Source of the DNA: Vulcanimicrobiota bacterium
Lineage (GTDB): Bacteria > Vulcanimicrobiota > Vulcanimicrobiia > Eremiobacterales > Eremiobacteraceae
Reading direction: 5' to 3'
NCBI GenBank assembly: GCA_963805945.1
Contig: CAWDVP010000003.1
Coordinates: forward strand, 32,001 to 96,000
DNA length: 64,000 nt
A program made the translations under genes and the position numbers. Shown here piece after piece: positions 60,648 to 64,000 of this stretch (position 1 is the stretch's first letter; each line of letters opens with the position of its first letter). The notes under the pieces are model-generated. The model was not told the DNA's origin, searched no databases, and was given only the letters and a program-made list of their open reading frames with translations.

Positions 60648-60703
60648 GGGTCGACTTTAGGTCGACCCAACGAGAAGGTCCGACCTAAAGGTCGGACCCT
60701 ACA
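60643..60703. repeat. Inverted REP doublet filling the gap between convergent genes
   Basis: TGTAGGGGTCGACTTTAGGTCGACCC (plus) and TGTAGGGTCCGACCTTTAGGTCGGACC (minus). Confidence 0.85.
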
Positions 60704-61697
60704 TGTGCTTGTAGCGCTTGATCCCGTCGGCAGAGTCGACGGTGATCTCGCCCCGCAGACGCAAGTACTCCAAGTGCGCCACGATCTCGACCAGCGCGAA
60801 GCGCACCTCGTGCGTCGAGAGCTTGTCGCCCCAGAAGTGCTGCACGATGTCAAAACCGGTCGCGCCGCCGCCGCCGGCGGCGACGACGCGCCCCGTGACG
60901 CCTTCCAACCGCTGTTGGTGATGCGCGCGGAACTGGCCCACGCGCGCAGGCAGCGTCGCGTAGGCCTCGCCGTGCCCGGGCAGTACGGTGTATCCCGCTT
61001 CCTTGTCGACACGCCCGAGCGACCACAGGAAATCCTCGAGCGGATTGGGGCGGCATTCAGGATACAGGCCGATGTTGGGCGTGATGTTCGGCAGCAGTTG
61101 ATCGCCGCAGAAGATCACCTTCGCGTCGTCGTCGATCAAGATGTAATGGAAATCGCTGTGGCCGGGCGTCCAAAGGGCGCGCAGCCGGCGCAGCCCGGCC
61201 TGGACGACGTCGCCATCGGCGATCGGCTCGAAGCGCTCCGGCAACGACACGACGCTGCGCAGCATGCCGACCGCCTTGACGATGCCCTCGGCGACTTCGC
61301 CGCTCGCGCCGTGCTCGCGCGCGTACGAGCTCCAATCGCTGAGCGGCTCGGCGCCCCATATGTAGCGCGCGCGCCGCTCCTCGTCCGGCATCAAAAAGAT
61401 GCGCGAGCCCGCGCGCGCGCGGCGGCCGGACATGCCGATGTGGTCGGGGTGCATATGGGTGACGTAGACGCGTTCGATGTCTTTTTCGGCGATGCCGATC
61501 GCCGTGAGCGCTGCATCGAAGGCGGCGCGACCGTCGGGCGTGTCGATGCCGGCGTCGATGAGCGTGTAGCCATCCGAATTGCGCAGCAGATAGAGATTGA
61601 CCTCGCGCAGGCGGAACGGCAACGGGATGCGGATGCGCCAGAGATCGTCGGCGAGCTTTTCGGGCGGTCGAGGCTTGGACGCGGGGTCTTGCGTCAT
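60699..61697 (-). CDS. MBL-fold metallo-hydrolase
   Basis: THMHPDHIG, TPGHS, GD, LPGHG. Confidence 0.92.
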   Translation of the reverse strand: MTQDPASKPRPPEKLADDLWRIRIPLPFRLREVNLYLLRNSDGYTLIDAGIDTPDGRAAFDAALTAIGIAEKDIERVYVTHMHPDHIGMSGRRARAGSRIFLMPDEERRARYIWGAEPLSDWSSYAREHGASGEVAEGIVKAVGMLRSVVSLPERFEPIADGDVVQAGLRRLRALWTPGHSDFHYILIDDDAKVIFCGDQLLPNITPNIGLYPECRPNPLEDFLWSLGRVDKEAGYTVLPGHGEAYATLPARVGQFRAHHQQRLEGVTGRVVAAGGGGATGFDIVQHFWGDKLSTHEVRFALVEIVAHLEYLRLRGEITVDSADGIKRYKHM

Positions 61698-62593
61698 CGC
61701 GTCGACCCGGTCGAATGAATTCGACCGCTCCATGCGCTCTGCAGGGCGGACGCGCTGAAGAAACGCAACGCCCCATCGGTGAGCAAGCCGTGATAGTCGT
61801 CGAAGAGCGCGCGGGTTCGCGCGCCGATCCAATCGCGCGGCAGCAGCTCAGCGGGCAGATCAGGATCGACGAAAGGCAGACGGCGGAAGTCGTGCGTGAG
61901 GGCGAAGCGGTGCACGAAGGCCGCCGCGTCGGGCAGCGCGCGCTTGCGCCGGCGCAATGTGTCCCTGCGATAGAGCGGCGCGTAGTTCTTGATGAAAGAG
62001 AGATGCTGGCGTGCGATGCCCGGCATATCCCAACAGCGGCGCGCCATCTCCTGCGGCGTCACCGGGCCGTCGAAACGCGCGGTGAAGACGCGCGCGAAGT
62101 CGGCGACCCCATGGTCGGCGACGAGCGCCTTCGCTTCGGCCGCGACATCGCGCGGGCTCACATACGTGCCGCCGCCCAGCGGACCGAAGCCGAGCCACGC
62201 CAACTGCTTGCGCAGGCGATCGCGGTGCGCGCGCTTGACTTCCGGAATGGTGTAGGTCAGGACGCACCACGCGCCGTTCCAGCGCTGCGTGCGCGGTTCG
62301 TAGATGCGCCGCGTCCCCGCCTGGATGAGCGAACGGCCGCGCTGCGTGAGCGCGTAGAACGAGCGGTTGCTCTGGCGGCGTGCGGCGATCCAGCCGTCCC
62401 GCGCCAGCCGAGCCACCGCGGATCGCACCGCGCCTTCCGAGATGCCGAGGCGCGCGCCGAGCAGCACGAGGCTGCCCAACCACAGATCGACGCCGCGCGG
62501 ATACGCGTAGTCGCCGTAGAGCGTGAAGAGCATCGAGCGCGGCCGCAACGGGAACAGTCCCGGAAACGGTTCGCGGGGGGTCATCGCCGGCAT
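61694..62593 (-). CDS. paaX: PaaX family transcriptional repressor
   Basis: RSMLFTLYGDY, VRSAVARL, LAWLGFG, DPDLPAELLP.DW.G. Start 62593 or 62584. Confidence 0.9.
   Translation of the reverse strand: MPAMTPREPFPGLFPLRPRSMLFTLYGDYAYPRGVDLWLGSLVLLGARLGISEGAVRSAVARLARDGWIAARRQSNRSFYALTQRGRSLIQAGTRRIYEPRTQRWNGAWCVLTYTIPEVKRAHRDRLRKQLAWLGFGPLGGGTYVSPRDVAAEAKALVADHGVADFARVFTARFDGPVTPQEMARRCWDMPGIARQHLSFIKNYAPLYRRDTLRRRKRALPDAAAFVHRFALTHDFRRLPFVDPDLPAELLPRDWIGARTRALFDDYHGLLTDGALRFFSASALQSAWSGRIHSTGSTR
61708..61734 (-). repeat. REP-like palindrome in the last codons of paaX
   Basis: CATGGAGCGGTCGAATTCATTCGACCG encoding WSGRIHST. Confidence 0.8.
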
Positions 62594-62677
62594 CGCGTGG
62601 AACCTGCTAGCACTGTCAGTGTGGCAAATTTTGCCCGACCGTGCGGATTATAGCACAGAATCCAAGGGAAGCGAAGA

Positions 62678-63790
62678 ATGGCACGTATCAAGACCTTCGA
62701 GGATTGGGTGGAAGTCTTCAAGATCTGGCAAAAAGACCTCGACGTCGATCCGGCGCAGATCGACCGTATCCTCGGCGGCTACACGCTCGAGGCCAAGTAC
62801 GCCGAGCCGAGCAGCGACGAGATCGAGTTCGGCGAGTTCGCCGGCCAGCGGAAGTGGGAGAAGGTCTTGGAGATCCCAGACCAGCGCATGCGCGACGCCG
62901 TGCTCACCATGATCATCTATCAGGGAGACACCGAGTTCGCGTCCAACGAGCAGCAGCGCAAACTGCTGGCGACCGCGCCGTCGGAGTACGACTTGTATTC
63001 GATCGCGCGCGTGTTCATCGAGGAGACGCGCCACGGCTATCAGATGTGCCATCTGCTCGTCAACCATTTCGGCAACGACGGGCGCATCGAGGCCGAGAAG
63101 ATGCTCGAGCGGCGCGCCGACCAGGGCACGCGCCTACTCAACGCCTTCAACACCCCGGTCAAGCACTGGCTCGATCTCTTCGCCTACCAGAACTACATGG
63201 ATCGCGACGGCAAGTTCCAGCTGCAGATGCTCTCGCACTCCGGCTTCCGGCCGCTCTCGATGAGCATGGGGCCGATGCTGCGCGAGGAGTCGTTCCATCT
63301 GGGCACCGGGCTCACCGGGCTCAAGCGCGTCGCCAAGGCCGGCGTCGTGCCGGTGAAGATCCAGCAGAAGTACCACAACAAGTGGCTGTCCGGGTCGCTC
63401 GACCTGTTCGGCAACGATCACTCCTCGAGCGCGGTGTGGGCCTACATCTGGGGCATCAAGGGCCGGCCCGAGGAAGACAAAGAGACCGACGACGCGGACA
63501 AGGATCGCCTCAACGACTACGCGCGCCGCGCGTACTACGCGGAGTGCTCCAAACTCGTCGACCAGGTCAACGCGATCATCCCCGGCGAGGAGAAGCTGTA
63601 CGTGGCCGACATCCGCTTCAACCGCCACATCGGCGAATTCGCGGGCAAGCCGTATTCGGTGGACGGGCGCCTGCTCGACCGGGACCAATACGAAGACTAT
63701 CTCAAAGAAGTGCTGCCGAACGACGATGACGAAAAGGTGCTCGAGGAATTGTTCAAGCGCGAGGATTGGGTAGCCCCCAAAGCCGCCTGA
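62678..63790 (+). CDS. BoxB-like diiron aryl-CoA epoxidase subunit
   Basis: QGDTE.AS.EQQ, TAPS.YD, EETRH, DRDGKFQL, EESFH motifs as in benzoyl-CoA epoxidase BoxB. Confidence 0.85.
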   Translation: MARIKTFEDWVEVFKIWQKDLDVDPAQIDRILGGYTLEAKYAEPSSDEIEFGEFAGQRKWEKVLEIPDQRMRDAVLTMIIYQGDTEFASNEQQRKLLATAPSEYDLYSIARVFIEETRHGYQMCHLLVNHFGNDGRIEAEKMLERRADQGTRLLNAFNTPVKHWLDLFAYQNYMDRDGKFQLQMLSHSGFRPLSMSMGPMLREESFHLGTGLTGLKRVAKAGVVPVKIQQKYHNKWLSGSLDLFGNDHSSSAVWAYIWGIKGRPEEDKETDDADKDRLNDYARRAYYAECSKLVDQVNAIIPGEEKLYVADIRFNRHIGEFAGKPYSVDGRLLDRDQYEDYLKEVLPNDDDEKVLEELFKREDWVAPKAA

Positions 63791-63817
63791 TGTAGGGGCC
63801 GATCTTCAGATCGGCCC
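63791..63817 (+). repeat. REP-like palindrome between the boxB-like gene and the next RBS
   Basis: TGTAGGGGCCGATCTTCAGATCGGCCC, same sequence as the 18003 copy. Confidence 0.85.
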
Positions 63818-63831
63818 AAGAAGGAGACCCC

Positions 63832-64000
63832 ATGGCCACGACAATCGATACCGAGACGAAGGTGGACGGCAAGACGCTCGTCAGCTACCGTAAGGAAGGC
63901 GAGCATATCGCCGTCGTGACGCTGGACGATCCGCCGGCGAACACCTACACGCACGAGATGATGAAGCAGCTCGACGACGCGATCCTGCAGGCGCGCTTCG
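63832..64000 (+). CDS. Enoyl-CoA hydratase/isomerase family protein (partial)
   Basis: AAGGAG RBS; translated by hand MATTIDTETK...IAVVTLDDPPANTYTHEMMKQLDDAI. Confidence 0.8.
   Translation, partial: MATTIDTETKVDGKTLVSYRKEGEHIAVVTLDDPPANTYTHEMMKQLDDAILQARF

Overview
A high-GC bacterial chromosomal segment, mostly housekeeping. The Pro-rich beta-propeller lipoproteins, tandem secreted aspartyl proteases and gene style suggest Candidatus Eremiobacterota or a similar soil lineage (inference only). Main content: a complete 14-gene nuoA-N operon with a Rex-like operator over its promoter; cysteine synthase and trxB; two large TPR proteins and a TonB-C protein; peptidases (M16, M20, PepP); mutY-like and nth genes; a 2-oxoacid:ferredoxin oxidoreductase pair broken by many 1-nt indels (probably consensus errors); four clustered NHL-type lipoprotein genes; and the start of a hybrid box/paa aromatic-CoA cluster (PaaX, BoxB-like, crotonase, hydroxyacyl-CoA dehydrogenase). 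I saw no rRNA, tRNA, CRISPR array, integrase or transposase. The least expected signals are: (1) a family of GTAG-type REP palindromes, several lying in frame inside proteins or supplying stop codons; (2) nth in frame behind the mutY-like UGA with no canonical start; (3) a lipoprotein array sharing a near-identical 5' DNA module in direct and inverted orientation.
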